A stretch of DNA of 64,000 bases from Bacteroidota bacterium (GTDB lineage Bacteria; Bacteroidota; Bacteroidia; Bacteroidales; FEN-979): assembly GCA_037138335.1 (NCBI GenBank), contig JBAXIO010000009.1, positions 2,531-66,530 of the forward strand, given 5' to 3'. Positions 1 to 10,100 of the stretch are shown here, piece after piece. The translations under genes were made by a program, and so were the position numbers. Every line of letters begins with the position of its first letter. The first letter of the stretch is position 1. The notes under the pieces were generated by a model. That model did no database searches, was not told where the DNA came from, and worked only from the letters and a program-made list of their open reading frames with translations.

Positions 1-1352
1 TTGTTTATGACCATGACCTGAAATTCCTTTTTCCACCCAGAAGATTTCCTGATATGGGTTACAGTGGACTAACTACGATGGCAATCAAAGGAAAATCGGG
101 CTTATACGAAATGTACGGCTGGTATTTCCCTCCTCAATCTTCATTGAACGATATGAGTATAAATCATTTTGATCAAGAGGGAAAAATCATAAAATCAATT
201 TCGATTCCCGGGATCAGGTATGGAAATTCAAATTTATGTTTTCCTTTTAAACGTGGGAATCTTCAATATTTTGCAGTAAAGGTTTCTGATGATAAAATCC
301 TTTGTTTCGATACTTCATTTATACTTAAAGATAAGATTCGCATAAAAAAAGGCATGTTCAACGGTGCTGACACAATTGATCTGGATGCTGACGGGGTAAA
401 GGAAATCGTTTCACTTGATCCGGCAAGGTTGCTATTTACTGAATACCGGTCTGATCTTACTGATCCTGTTTCCATTAAACTACCTGAAGGGAGATGGTTT
501 AACACTCAGTACTCAGTGATCAATGTCCCGCGAGCCGCACCATTATTATCTGTATTTAACGGCATTTATGAGTTGAAATTATTCTATAAGATTAACCCCT
601 TTTATTACAGCCGATGGTTAGTTTACCTGGCAATATTTCTTGCAATTTATCTCTTTATCCTCCTCATCAGGCGCATACAGCGTAACCAGATATTAAAACA
701 GCAGAAAACAGAAAAGAAGATCACTGAGTTGCAGATGAAGGTTGTCAGAAACCAGATGGATCCTCATTTTACAATGAATGCGGTTAATTCTGTGATCTCC
801 GCCATTAATGAAAATGAAAAAGAACAGGCGACCAATCACCTTATCTATTTTTCCAAAATGTACAGGCATTTGGTTTTGACTGCGGATAAGATTAAATGCA
901 CTCTTGCCGAAGAACTGGATTTTACTCGGAATTATCTTACCATGGAACAGTTCCGATTCAGGGATAAATTTGATTTCGATTTCGAGATCCAGCCTGAGCT
1001 TAACCTGAACCTTGAAGTCCCGAAAATGGTGATTCAATCGCCCGTTGAGAATGCAGTAAAACACGGCCTGATGAACCTGCCCGGCAAAGGACATCTCAAG
1101 GTGAGAGCAAATACTTCTGATCATATTCTGATTCTTGAGATTACCGATAACGGGATCGGTAGAGCAAATGCCGCCAGATTGAGCCAGCATTCAACCGGAA
1201 AAGGAATGAAGGCAATGGAAGAATTTCTTAAGCTTTACCAGAAAGTCACAGGATTAAAAGCAGAAACAGTTATCCATGATCTTACCGACAAGGAAGGAAA
1301 TCCTGCAGGAACTAAAGTGACAGTGAAAATTCAAATAATCCGGCCGATTTAA
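1..1352 (+). CDS. Sensor histidine kinase, LytS/YehU type (His_kinase + HATPase_c), probably 5'-partial
   Basis: ORF 54..1352, but the frame stays open back to nt 3. The product starting at M54 has no N-terminal signal or TM helix, although a single TM helix (WLVYLAIFLAIYLFILLI) lies mid-protein, so the true N-terminus probably lies left of the window. The cytoplasmic part has the LytS-type region MDPHFTMNAVNSV and the ATPase boxes ENAVKHG, DNGIG and GKGM. The outer part contains DLDADGVKEIV, an FG-GAP/VCBS-like loop. Confidence 0.85.
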   Translation, partial: VYDHDLKFLFPPRRFPDMGYSGLTTMAIKGKSGLYEMYGWYFPPQSSLNDMSINHFDQEGKIIKSISIPGIRYGNSNLCFPFKRGNLQYFAVKVSDDKILCFDTSFILKDKIRIKKGMFNGADTIDLDADGVKEIVSLDPARLLFTEYRSDLTDPVSIKLPEGRWFNTQYSVINVPRAAPLLSVFNGIYELKLFYKINPFYYSRWLVYLAIFLAIYLFILLIRRIQRNQILKQQKTEKKITELQMKVVRNQMDPHFTMNAVNSVISAINENEKEQATNHLIYFSKMYRHLVLTADKIKCTLAEELDFTRNYLTMEQFRFRDKFDFDFEIQPELNLNLEVPKMVIQSPVENAVKHGLMNLPGKGHLKVRANTSDHILILEITDNGIGRANAARLSQHSTGKGMKAMEEFLKLYQKVTGLKAETVIHDLTDKEGNPAGTKVTVKIQIIRPI

Positions 1353-1412
1353 TTTCCTTTTACATCCCCGGGGTTTTATTTAACTTGCACCCTTTAATGT
1401 CTATAAAGGCGC

Positions 1413-2165
1413 ATGAACTCCATTCTTCGCACTATCATCATCGATGATGAGGAAAAAGCAATCCTCAACCTTGTATCATTGCTTAAATCATTACCCCAGA
1501 TTAAAGTTGTGGCTCAGGAAACCGGCTCGGCAAATGCGCTTGAAACTATCGATAATTACAAGCCGGACCTTATCTTCCTCGATATCCATATGCCAGGTAA
1601 ATCGGGCTTTGAAATTGCAGGCGAACTTTACCGGGAAGGCAGTAAACCTGAGATAATCTTCGTTACTGCTTTCGACAAATATGCTATAGAAGCCATCCGC
1701 CACGCTGCTTTTGATTACTTGCTTAAACCTGTAAAACAAGAGGAACTTGCAGCAGCGATTGACCGCTTACTGGTGAAACAATTGCAGCAGGACCGGGAAC
1801 AACAGATCAAGCGTCTTTTTGAACATTCGTCTTATAAAGGAAAACTAAAGATCAGTACCACCGGGGGATTCACGCTGATCAATCCGGCCGATATCCTTTA
1901 TATCAATGCTGACTGGAATTATGCCGAGATCTATTATGACAGCGAGAAGAACGAATTGGTTACTATGAATATCGGTTCCCTGGAAGAGTTGCTGCCGTCT
2001 ACGGATTTTTTCAGGATTAACCGCTCTACCATTATAAATGTGGCTTACCTGGTCAAAGTAAGCCGGAAACGCAGAACAGCATACCTGGCTAAGGATGGCA
2101 GGGAATATACTTTCAAAATCCCTCTATTAAACATTCGCAAACTGGAACGTTTTCTGGAAAAATAG
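1413..2165 (+). CDS. LytTR-family response regulator (receiver + LytTR DNA-binding domain)
   Basis: Receiver motifs IIIDDEE and DLIFLDIHMPGKSGFE, then K in LLKPV. C-terminal FFRINRSTIINVAYL is LytTR-like. Lies 60 nt downstream of the kinase on the same strand. Confidence 0.93.
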   Translation: MNSILRTIIIDDEEKAILNLVSLLKSLPQIKVVAQETGSANALETIDNYKPDLIFLDIHMPGKSGFEIAGELYREGSKPEIIFVTAFDKYAIEAIRHAAFDYLLKPVKQEELAAAIDRLLVKQLQQDREQQIKRLFEHSSYKGKLKISTTGGFTLINPADILYINADWNYAEIYYDSEKNELVTMNIGSLEELLPSTDFFRINRSTIINVAYLVKVSRKRRTAYLAKDGREYTFKIPLLNIRKLERFLEK

Positions 2166-2270
2166 TCCAAAACATTATGCACTGTTGTGTCGCAATAACA
2201 AGGGCAATTTTGGAATAGAGTTAAAATTTAATAATCCGGCTGAACGGTATAAATTAGAAAGAAAATAACA

Positions 2271-2456
2271 ATGGAAACCATGAAACCGCAAAACCAGTCA
2301 AACCTGAGAAATATATTAAATCCGTTAATGATCATTATTGGCGCCATTGCCGGATTTTCTTCCGGTCATTTACATAGTACTTCCGGGATTGTGGTCTTCT
2401 CTCTTTCCCTTGTTGCTATTGGCATCCTACTGTACCTCTATTATTTTAAAAAGTGA
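2271..2456 (+). CDS. Small two-TM membrane peptide (61 aa), hypothetical
   Basis: Two hydrophobic helices (LMIIIGAIAGF, IVVFSLSLVAIGILLYLYY) and a basic KK C-terminus. Only ORF in the gap after the LytTR gene. I recognise no family. Confidence 0.4.
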   Translation: METMKPQNQSNLRNILNPLMIIIGAIAGFSSGHLHSTSGIVVFSLSLVAIGILLYLYYFKK

Positions 2457-2560
2457 TGCGATCAGGCATTTAAGGCCTCCCGGTAATTTCCCCTCGGCTT
2501 GCTGCGGAATCGGGGGCGGAAGCTTTACAGTAGCTTTCTACGGAATCTGTATCCTTGGCT

Positions 2561-3862
2561 TTACAGCTGGTGGCCGGAAATTGTTATGGCCTCAATGATC
2601 ATTTTTGCTGAATTTTCTATACCTGATACCGAACTGTCGATAGTGAGATTATAGCTCCCGGTTTTACCCGGGGCCTTATGTGTGTAATGCCTGCAGTAGT
2701 TTACCCTTTCCCTGTCTATCCTCGCCATTTCTTTCCCGGCTATCCCGGGATCGAGGCCGTAATCATTGATGATGCGTTGCAGCCTGAATTGCTTAGGGGC
2801 ATGAATAAAAACTGAAAAACGGCCGGGGTGGTCCTTCAGGATTAGATCCGCACAGCGTCCGACGATCAAGCAGGATCCCTTTTCGCTGATATCCCATATG
2901 ACTTTACTCTGGGCCTCGAACAGGGTGTCAAGCGCTGACCTTTCCCCTTCCACGTAAGCATAATTCTGCTCGATCAGCTCGAACAGCAGGCTATGCTTTA
3001 ATTTCTGTTCATGAGCTTTAACAAATTCGGGAGACAAATGGCCTTCCTTTGCCGAAAGGTCAATCAGCTCCTTATCATAAAAAGGGATATCCAGGGCTTT
3101 AGCCACGAGCTGACCGATCTCATGTCCGCCGCTGCCGAATTCCCGGGTGATGGTAATGATAAGATTCTTTTTAAGGTCTGCGGATGAGATCCTTCTCACC
3201 GTTACATCAGGTTCTTTTTCGCCAAGCAAGGGATCCAGGAATTTCAGCTTCCTGCTGTAGAGCCTTACCGTTGTGCCCACCAGCAAAGCCGCAGCTATTG
3301 TTCCCTCTCGTATGCCTCTCAGTTCGTGCAGGAAGATAAAAGAACTGATCACACCTATTGCAACAAGGGTGCAATCGAGCCCCACTTTCACCTTTCCGAA
3401 TTCAAGGTGAAAAGTCTTTGAAATGGCCAGGCATAATCCTTCACCTGCAAGATAAATTACTTTCGCTTTCACCTGAAGGTAAACACCAAGGGCAACAAGG
3501 ACTATGCTAAGGATGCAGAACAGCCACTGGAGAAGGTAATTTGACACATGCACGTTCGAGGAAACCAGGTATAGGGCCAGATCTGTGAAAGCCCCGAAAA
3601 CCATGGCAACCGGCAGCTGCAGGAGTTGTACCCACTGGTAGTCCCTGCGCAGCAAAGCCATCTGCAAGAGAATAAAAATAATGTTCAGGATCACTGTGAA
3701 CATTCCCATCGTGAGCGGGAAACCAAGGCTGTAAACGTAGGGATTGCTCGAAACAGGGGAGGTTCCCAGGTTTGCCTTGACCGACAAGGCGATGCCCAGG
3801 GTCAGGATGAACAGGCCTGTAAGCAATACAATGCTTCGTCTAAACAGCCCTTCTGTTTTCAT
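2561..3862 (-). CDS. Fusion protein: polytopic membrane domain (YczE/DUF6198-like) + cytidylate-kinase-like family domain
   Basis: The N-terminal ~210 aa have 5-6 TM helices (LLTGLFILTLGIALSVKANLGTSPVS...). The C-terminal half starts ITITREFGSGGHEIGQLVAKALDIPFYDKELI and continues ...CLIVGRCADLIL...RIDRER..Y, the pattern of the cytidylate-kinase-like (PF13189-type) family. Confidence 0.7.
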   Translation of the reverse strand: MKTEGLFRRSIVLLTGLFILTLGIALSVKANLGTSPVSSNPYVYSLGFPLTMGMFTVILNIIFILLQMALLRRDYQWVQLLQLPVAMVFGAFTDLALYLVSSNVHVSNYLLQWLFCILSIVLVALGVYLQVKAKVIYLAGEGLCLAISKTFHLEFGKVKVGLDCTLVAIGVISSFIFLHELRGIREGTIAAALLVGTTVRLYSRKLKFLDPLLGEKEPDVTVRRISSADLKKNLIITITREFGSGGHEIGQLVAKALDIPFYDKELIDLSAKEGHLSPEFVKAHEQKLKHSLLFELIEQNYAYVEGERSALDTLFEAQSKVIWDISEKGSCLIVGRCADLILKDHPGRFSVFIHAPKQFRLQRIINDYGLDPGIAGKEMARIDRERVNYCRHYTHKAPGKTGSYNLTIDSSVSGIENSAKMIIEAITISGHQL

Positions 3863-4198
3863 AAGGACATTTCATGGTCATTTGTCTTTCCAATGCAGCT
3901 TCTTTATTTTCCCAGTCAACGGGGTTTGGCTCTATTGATATTGCAAGGATTTTCATAGCTGCCATGATTTTTTTGACACTCATAAAAATACAAAATATCA
4001 AACACCAAATCGACTTCAATAACACAACGGATTGAATGTAAAAAAACAAGATAGGTTTATTTTGTTTATATGTTCATAACTTTCTGTAAGGAAAAAGTTA
4101 GATGGCGGAAATTTGTGATAAATTTCGATTCGGGTATTTTATGGAATGAAAAACAAGAGCCCCTCTATCATTTAGTTCCGGGGTTAAAATTAAAAATC

Positions 4199-4795
4199 AT
4201 GAAATTAAAAGGATTCAGTTTGGTTTTCCTGGCAATCCTGAGTTCGGGACTGTCGGCGCAAACAGTTATGGATGTTGCACGCAGTAAAAGTATTACCTGG
4301 TACGGCATTGATTTCTCAAAAGCAAGATTTATTGGTTTTGAATCATACATCACTCCTGAAATGCTCAAGGATGAACTAATCAAAAACTGGGCGGACCATA
4401 CTGCGCAAACCAACTTTTCATCAAAATACAGCATCGATAATGTTGCCGTTGAAACTTCCACAGCCGACGAACACAATGCAGATATTGACAAGACGAAACT
4501 GCTGACCAATGCATATTATGAACTGAATACTGCAACCATTACAGATCTTGTTTCCGGATATAAAACTTCAGGAACCGGCTTTGGATTTGTATTTATTGTC
4601 GAGAGTTTTGAAAAGAGCACCGAGAAAGTATTCATTTATGTATGCTATTTTAAGGAATCAGACAGAGGCATAATCTCAATGAGACGTTACACTGGCAAAG
4701 CATTTGGCATAGGGCTCGAAAATCATTATGAGGGAGCGATCAAAGATGTTATTCAATACAGCAGTAAAGATTTTAAACGATTCTCAAAAAAGTAA
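4199..4795 (+). CDS. Secreted hypothetical protein
   Basis: ORF 4070..4795. The internal ATG at 4199 gives a clean signal peptide, MKLKGFSLVFLAILSSGLSAQ. No family recognised. Confidence 0.6.
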   Translation: MKLKGFSLVFLAILSSGLSAQTVMDVARSKSITWYGIDFSKARFIGFESYITPEMLKDELIKNWADHTAQTNFSSKYSIDNVAVETSTADEHNADIDKTKLLTNAYYELNTATITDLVSGYKTSGTGFGFVFIVESFEKSTEKVFIYVCYFKESDRGIISMRRYTGKAFGIGLENHYEGAIKDVIQYSSKDFKRFSKK

Positions 4796-4806
4796 AACCG
4801 GAAAAC

Positions 4807-5124
4807 ATGAAAAACAATCAGATGATCCTCCTGATCGGCATTTTTGCCGTCATTATTACCACCATGGCGTTCAGGCCCAACCCGGCGAAACCCTCATACA
4901 GCTACCTGGCCATAAGAGCATATCATTATGACCTTGACGAGGTTTACATCAGTATTGGCGGGAAAGAATACAAGAAAATAAACCTGAGAAAGCAACACCA
5001 GGGAGGTTTTGATGTAAATCCACTGATCAACCTTATCAACCAGTACGAAAGCGAAGGTTGGGAAATGCAAACCATTGCGGGCGAGGTCGGATCCCTGTTT
5101 GTGTGGATGCGAAGGGAAAAATAG
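4807..5124 (+). CDS. Small N-terminally anchored protein, DUF4177-like C-terminus
   Basis: TM helix ILLIGIFAVIITTMAF. The C-terminus LINQYESEGWEMQTIAGE...VWMRREK resembles the (E)GWEL motif of DUF4177. Lies 11 nt after the preceding gene. Confidence 0.55.
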   Translation: MKNNQMILLIGIFAVIITTMAFRPNPAKPSYSYLAIRAYHYDLDEVYISIGGKEYKKINLRKQHQGGFDVNPLINLINQYESEGWEMQTIAGEVGSLFVWMRREK

Positions 5125-5197
5125 CAAAAGCTGTAACTTTATCGTCCGGTTAGATTTATCCGGGTATAAAGCAACCGGTCGAAAAACCGGACTGAAC

Positions 5198-7132
5198 ATG
5201 AACAAGACATTACTGTTTCTTTGTTTCCTATTATCGGGTATGCTGCAGGCCCAGGTTACATTCAATCCCGATGATCTCAACACCATCGCGAACGGGGAGC
5301 GAAAAGCACATGAGCAGAGCATCAGGCAGGGGCCCGCGATAACCACATCCGCATTCGATGTAAAATTTTACAGATGTTACTGGATTATAGATCCCGCCCT
5401 TAGGCAAATTGCCGGTAACGTTACGGTTTACTTTAAGCCCATGCAGGCCGGCTTTGATTCCCTGGTGCTCGACATGCACCAGGCGCTTACAGTTGAGCAG
5501 GTTATTTACCACCGACATTCAACAGGCAGCTGGAGCCATGCGTCGGATTTGCTGACGGTGAGGTTTGCGTCAAACTTACCTCAAAATGTTATGGATTCCG
5601 TTACAGTTGTTTACCAGGGCGTTCCGCCGGATGACGGGTTCGGTACATTCGTCCAGGACCTGCATAACGGGAACCCCATCCTTTGGACGCTTTCGGAACC
5701 TTACGGGGCCAGCAACTGGTGGCCCTGTAAAAACGGTCTTACCGATAAAGCCGACTCCATTGATATTACTATCAGCACACCCAATGGCAATAAACCAGCC
5801 ACCAACGGGATGCTCGTTTCGACAAGCTCCCGGGCAGGATACACCGAATACCACTGGAAGCACCGTTACCCGATTGCAGCATACCTTGTGGGAATAGCCG
5901 TTACCAACTATGCCAGTTTCACTCAAAAAGTTCCTTTTGGAAACGACACCCTGAAGGTTGTCAACTTCATCTACCCGGAGGATTCGGCAACTGCCGAACT
6001 CCAGCTTCGGGAAATCGTCCCGATGATCCAGGTTTATGATTCCCTGTTCGGGATCTACCCTTTCCAGAGGGAGAAATACGGCCATGCGCAGTTCGGCTGG
6101 GGAGGGGGCATGGAACATCAAACGATGACATTTGTTGTAAGTTTTCAGTTTGAACTGATCGCCCATGAACTGGGGCATATGTGGTTTGGCGACAAGGTCA
6201 CCTGCGGCAGCTGGACCGACATCTGGCTTAACGAAGGATTTGCCACTTACCTTTCGGGGCTTATTTACGAGCATCTCGACCCGGGCCTTTGGGTAAGGTT
6301 CAGGATGGTGAGGGTACAAAGCATCACTTCGCAGGCCGGAGGTTCTGTTTACTGCTCTGATACGACCAGTATCGACCGCATTTTCGACGGCCGTCTTTCA
6401 TACGCCAAAGGGGCCATGATACTTCACCAGCTGAGATGGATCATGGGCGACTCGGTGTTTTTTGCCGCCCTCAATAATTATCTCAACGACTATAGCCTGG
6501 CTTATCGATTTTCGCGTACCGCGGACCTGAAAGCCCATCTTGAAAGTTCATACGGGCATGACCTGGGCTGGTATTTCAACGATTGGTTTACGGGAGAAGG
6601 ATATCCGCAGTACCGGATTAACTGGTCGCAAACGGCCGATACGGTGGCCTTTACGGTGTCACAGACCCAGAGCAGCCCGACAGTGTCTTTTTTCCAGCTA
6701 CCCATCCAGCTGATGTTTAAAAACTCAGTCCGCGACACCCTGGTACGTTTCAACAATACCTTTTCGGGCGAGCTCTTTAAAGTGCGTATCCCCTTTGCCG
6801 TTGATTCCCTGGTCTTCGATCCCCTGTACCAGATCATCTCGAATAACAACACCGTTAATGCTGTTGCCGAACATGGCCTGCAGGCAGGCCTTCAGCTTGT
6901 TCCCAACCCTGCAAAAGATCATGTGACTTTCCGTTTCGGTGACATGCTGTACGGCGAACGAGGAATTATAGGTATTTATGATTGTTACGGGCGGATGAGG
7001 GATGAAGTTTTCCCCGGCCGGGATCAGTCTGAAATTACTGTCAACACACAAGCCTATATACCGGGACTGTATTTTTATGTTTTCTCAACAGGGGATAATA
7101 CATTCAGCGGGAAGTTTATTATCAGCCGGTAA
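5198..7132 (+). CDS. M1-family zinc aminopeptidase with T9SS C-terminal sorting domain
   Basis: Signal peptide MNKTLLFLCFLLSGMLQAQ at the ATG at 5198. GXMEN-like GGMEHQT, zinc site HELGHMWFGD ... WLNEGFATY. The last ~80 aa (LVPNPAKDHVTFRF...GLYFYVFSTGDNTFSGKFIISR) match the Por secretion tail pattern. Confidence 0.9.
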   Translation: MNKTLLFLCFLLSGMLQAQVTFNPDDLNTIANGERKAHEQSIRQGPAITTSAFDVKFYRCYWIIDPALRQIAGNVTVYFKPMQAGFDSLVLDMHQALTVEQVIYHRHSTGSWSHASDLLTVRFASNLPQNVMDSVTVVYQGVPPDDGFGTFVQDLHNGNPILWTLSEPYGASNWWPCKNGLTDKADSIDITISTPNGNKPATNGMLVSTSSRAGYTEYHWKHRYPIAAYLVGIAVTNYASFTQKVPFGNDTLKVVNFIYPEDSATAELQLREIVPMIQVYDSLFGIYPFQREKYGHAQFGWGGGMEHQTMTFVVSFQFELIAHELGHMWFGDKVTCGSWTDIWLNEGFATYLSGLIYEHLDPGLWVRFRMVRVQSITSQAGGSVYCSDTTSIDRIFDGRLSYAKGAMILHQLRWIMGDSVFFAALNNYLNDYSLAYRFSRTADLKAHLESSYGHDLGWYFNDWFTGEGYPQYRINWSQTADTVAFTVSQTQSSPTVSFFQLPIQLMFKNSVRDTLVRFNNTFSGELFKVRIPFAVDSLVFDPLYQIISNNNTVNAVAEHGLQAGLQLVPNPAKDHVTFRFGDMLYGERGIIGIYDCYGRMRDEVFPGRDQSEITVNTQAYIPGLYFYVFSTGDNTFSGKFIISR

Positions 7133-7144
7133 GGTAATCCCTTC

Positions 7145-10100
7145 TCAACTCCTCATGATCCTCCTGATGATTTCCATCAGATCCTCCTTGCGGATGGGTT
7201 TACTGAGGAAGGCGCTGCATCCTGCATTCATGGCGCGGCTTTCTTCCTCGGGTTGTGTATATGCCGTCAGTGCTATTACCTTTAAATCGGGGTAGAGGAT
7301 TTTTACCCGCCGGGTTGCTTCGTACCCGTCCATAAAGGGCATTTTCAGGTCCATGAGAATAAGATCGGGCTTCTGGTGTTTAAGTATTTCGAGGACCTCA
7401 TTTCCGTTTCTGGCGTGAAGAAGTTGTTTTGACTTCCTTGATAGCAGCACATGCATTAATTCATAATTGTAATCTTCATCTTCGGCAATCAGAATGGAGA
7501 GGGATTCCATTGAAAACGGAGTCTTGTTTTCTTCAGGAATCACCAGCGATCCTGCTTCCAGGTAGGGAATTGTCAGAACAAAAACAGAGCCTTTACCAGG
7601 GGATGATTCCACGCGTATTGTACCGCCCATTACTTCGGAAAGCCCCGCGGCAATGCTCAAACCAAGTCCTGTCCCACGTAAACCCTCCTGGGCATCGTAA
7701 CTGACCTGGTAGAACCGGTCAAATATCTTTCCCTGTTCTTCCTTGTCGATCCCGATGCCGGTGTCGCGGACATAAAACTCTATTTCCTTTCCTTTTATAG
7801 TATACCCAAAATTTATTGTTCCTGAATTCGTGAATTTGATTGCATTTCCGATAAGGCCTGTGATGACCTGGCGTATCTTTTCCTTGTCGGCAATGACGTG
7901 ATCGAATTCATTGTTGTCATCCATGGTACGGATGAATTGAAGCCCCTTCTTGACCACCATCTCTTTCAATGACAGATGAATGTCTTCTACCAGTTCATGA
8001 AGAAGGAAAGGCGCCGGGTTGAATGGAATCCTCCCGCTGTCCATGCGTGAAATTTCAAGCACGTCGTCGATAATACTGAGAAGCTGCCTTGCATTGGAGT
8101 TGACAATCCCGAAATAGCGGTCCTTCTCCGATAAGGGGAAATCATCTGTTGCTAGAAGGTCGGTGAATCCCAGGATCGCATTCATCGGTGTACGGATCTC
8201 ATGCGAGATATTATTCAGGAATGCTGTTTTCAGTTTTGATGCTTCCTCAGCGGCATCTTTAGCCTTGAGGATCTCACGTTCGGCTTTTTTTATTTCCTCT
8301 ATGTCCCTGACTACGGAGATGATATGCCTTACCCCGTTCAGGAGGATAACCGATGCAGAAAGCAACCCGGTATGAATGGTCCCGTTTTTGAACCTGAAGG
8401 GGACTTCAATGTTCGTGGCTTTCCCCTCCTTTTTAAGCAGATCAACCATTTTTTGACGGTCGGCAGGATCGGCCCAGATACTGGTTTCAAGCGAAGTTTT
8501 ACCTATAACTTCCTCACGGCGATACCCTGTAAGGCTGCAAAAACCTTCATTCACTTCAACATATTCACCCGTTTCCAGGTTATGGATATTGATGGAATCG
8601 GGGCTTGTGAGAAATGCCAGCCTGAATCTTTCCTCGGCCTCTTTAAGTGAGACTTCTGCTTTTATCCTGTCGAGGGTAATAGCCGCCAGGTTTACAATCA
8701 TTTCTATTGTATCCCGAAGATCTGAAATATCCCTTTTTACAAAAAGGACCACACCTCCGAGGTGGGCCTCATGATACATGAATCCGATAGTGTAAATTTT
8801 ACGGATCCCTAAAAGTTTTTCGACGACTTGTGTGATCGCTTTTGGAAATCGACGGGTTGCGAGCGCATACAGTCCGCCTTCCACCTCTTCCAGTTTCCCG
8901 CTCCGGTATAACCTGAGTTCCTGTTCGGTTATATCCTTCAGGTAGAATTTCATGTCGAGAGGATCGAGACCAAGAACATGGGTGATGCTGTTCCTGGGTA
9001 TATTAAGGCCTTCATAGCTGACCAATTTCCCCGAACTTGTATGCTCGTCAATATTGGTAGTAAAAACGATCCCTTCACCCAAGAGGTCATAAACTACACT
9101 GACAACCAGGTCATGAACGTTTTTCAGTTCATTGGATTTTATCAATTGCGCCTGGAAGTCTGACAACAGCCGGAACTTCTTTTCGGCAGTTTTTCTTTCT
9201 GTTATATCGCGGGAAACCCCATGGCTGCCGATCAGTTTACCGTCGAGACTTAAGATAGGACTAATGATGATTTCAGAATCTCGCACTGATCCATCCTTGC
9301 ACATGTGACTGACTTCTGCAGTAATGCTGAAATCGCTGGTTACTTTTCCTTCCCCTGCCAGCCTGACTCCTTCAGAATAGATTTCAGTAATTTTTTTAAA
9401 GGATTCCGGCGAATAAATCTCATGAGGTTTTAACTTCAGGAACTCTTCCTGGGTGTAGCCTCTTTGCCTGAATATGGAAGGGCTGATATAGCTGTATTGC
9501 ATTTGCATATTCATCATCCATATGACATCCGATGTATTTTCGGCTATTTGCCTGTATTTCTGCTCGCTTCCACGAAGTGAGGCTTCGGCCTGTTTGATTT
9601 CGGTTATATCTCTTCCAAAAACGACGATTCCTTTACGTGAGCCATCAGGAAGAAAAAGGGGAACTTTGACCACATCAAAAACATGCAAATTCCCTTCAAC
9701 ATCAGGTATGTTTTCAAGGGTTCTTGAGGCTGTGCCCTTTTCCCAGGCAAGGTCATCGGATCCCTGGCAGTTCCTGAAAGCATCCCTGTAAACCGGGGCA
9801 GTAAACTCGGCAAGTTCAAACTCTGATTTCCCTGTGTAGTCAACTCCTTTCAGGCCATAAAGATCAAGGATGCTGAAATTTGCGAGCATCCATTTGCCTT
9901 CGGCGTCTTTAAAACAAATTATATCGGGAGAGGCATTGATCAGGGTTTGCAGGCGCTCTTCAGTATTCTGCCGGGCCTTTTCTTTAAGTGAAATATCGTG
10001 GACTACGATCAATACACTGTCAGCCTCCAGTTTCTGGGCATAAATTTCAACCAGTATATATTCCCCGTTATATTTCTTAAGCCGTCTTTCTTTTACAATA

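Noticed and set aside
3840-4049. 69-aa minus-strand ORF in the 336-nt spacer whose end overlaps the start of the membrane/kinase-like fusion gene by 23 nt (a possible upstream leader peptide, ...MKILAISIEPNPVDWENKEAALERQMTMKCPYENRRAV).
   Set aside because: It has no recognisable family, no clear start context and no hydrophobic or structured features. It could be real, but the sequence alone gives no support.
5576-6319. Long antisense ORFs inside confidently called genes (5576-6319, 11222-11776, 15113-15676, 19131-19823, 38103-38774, 33911-34456 and many shorter ones).
   Set aside because: Each lies opposite a gene with strong family motifs. Their translations are low-complexity (Pro/Gly/Ser/Arg-rich) with no motifs, which is typical of shadow ORFs.
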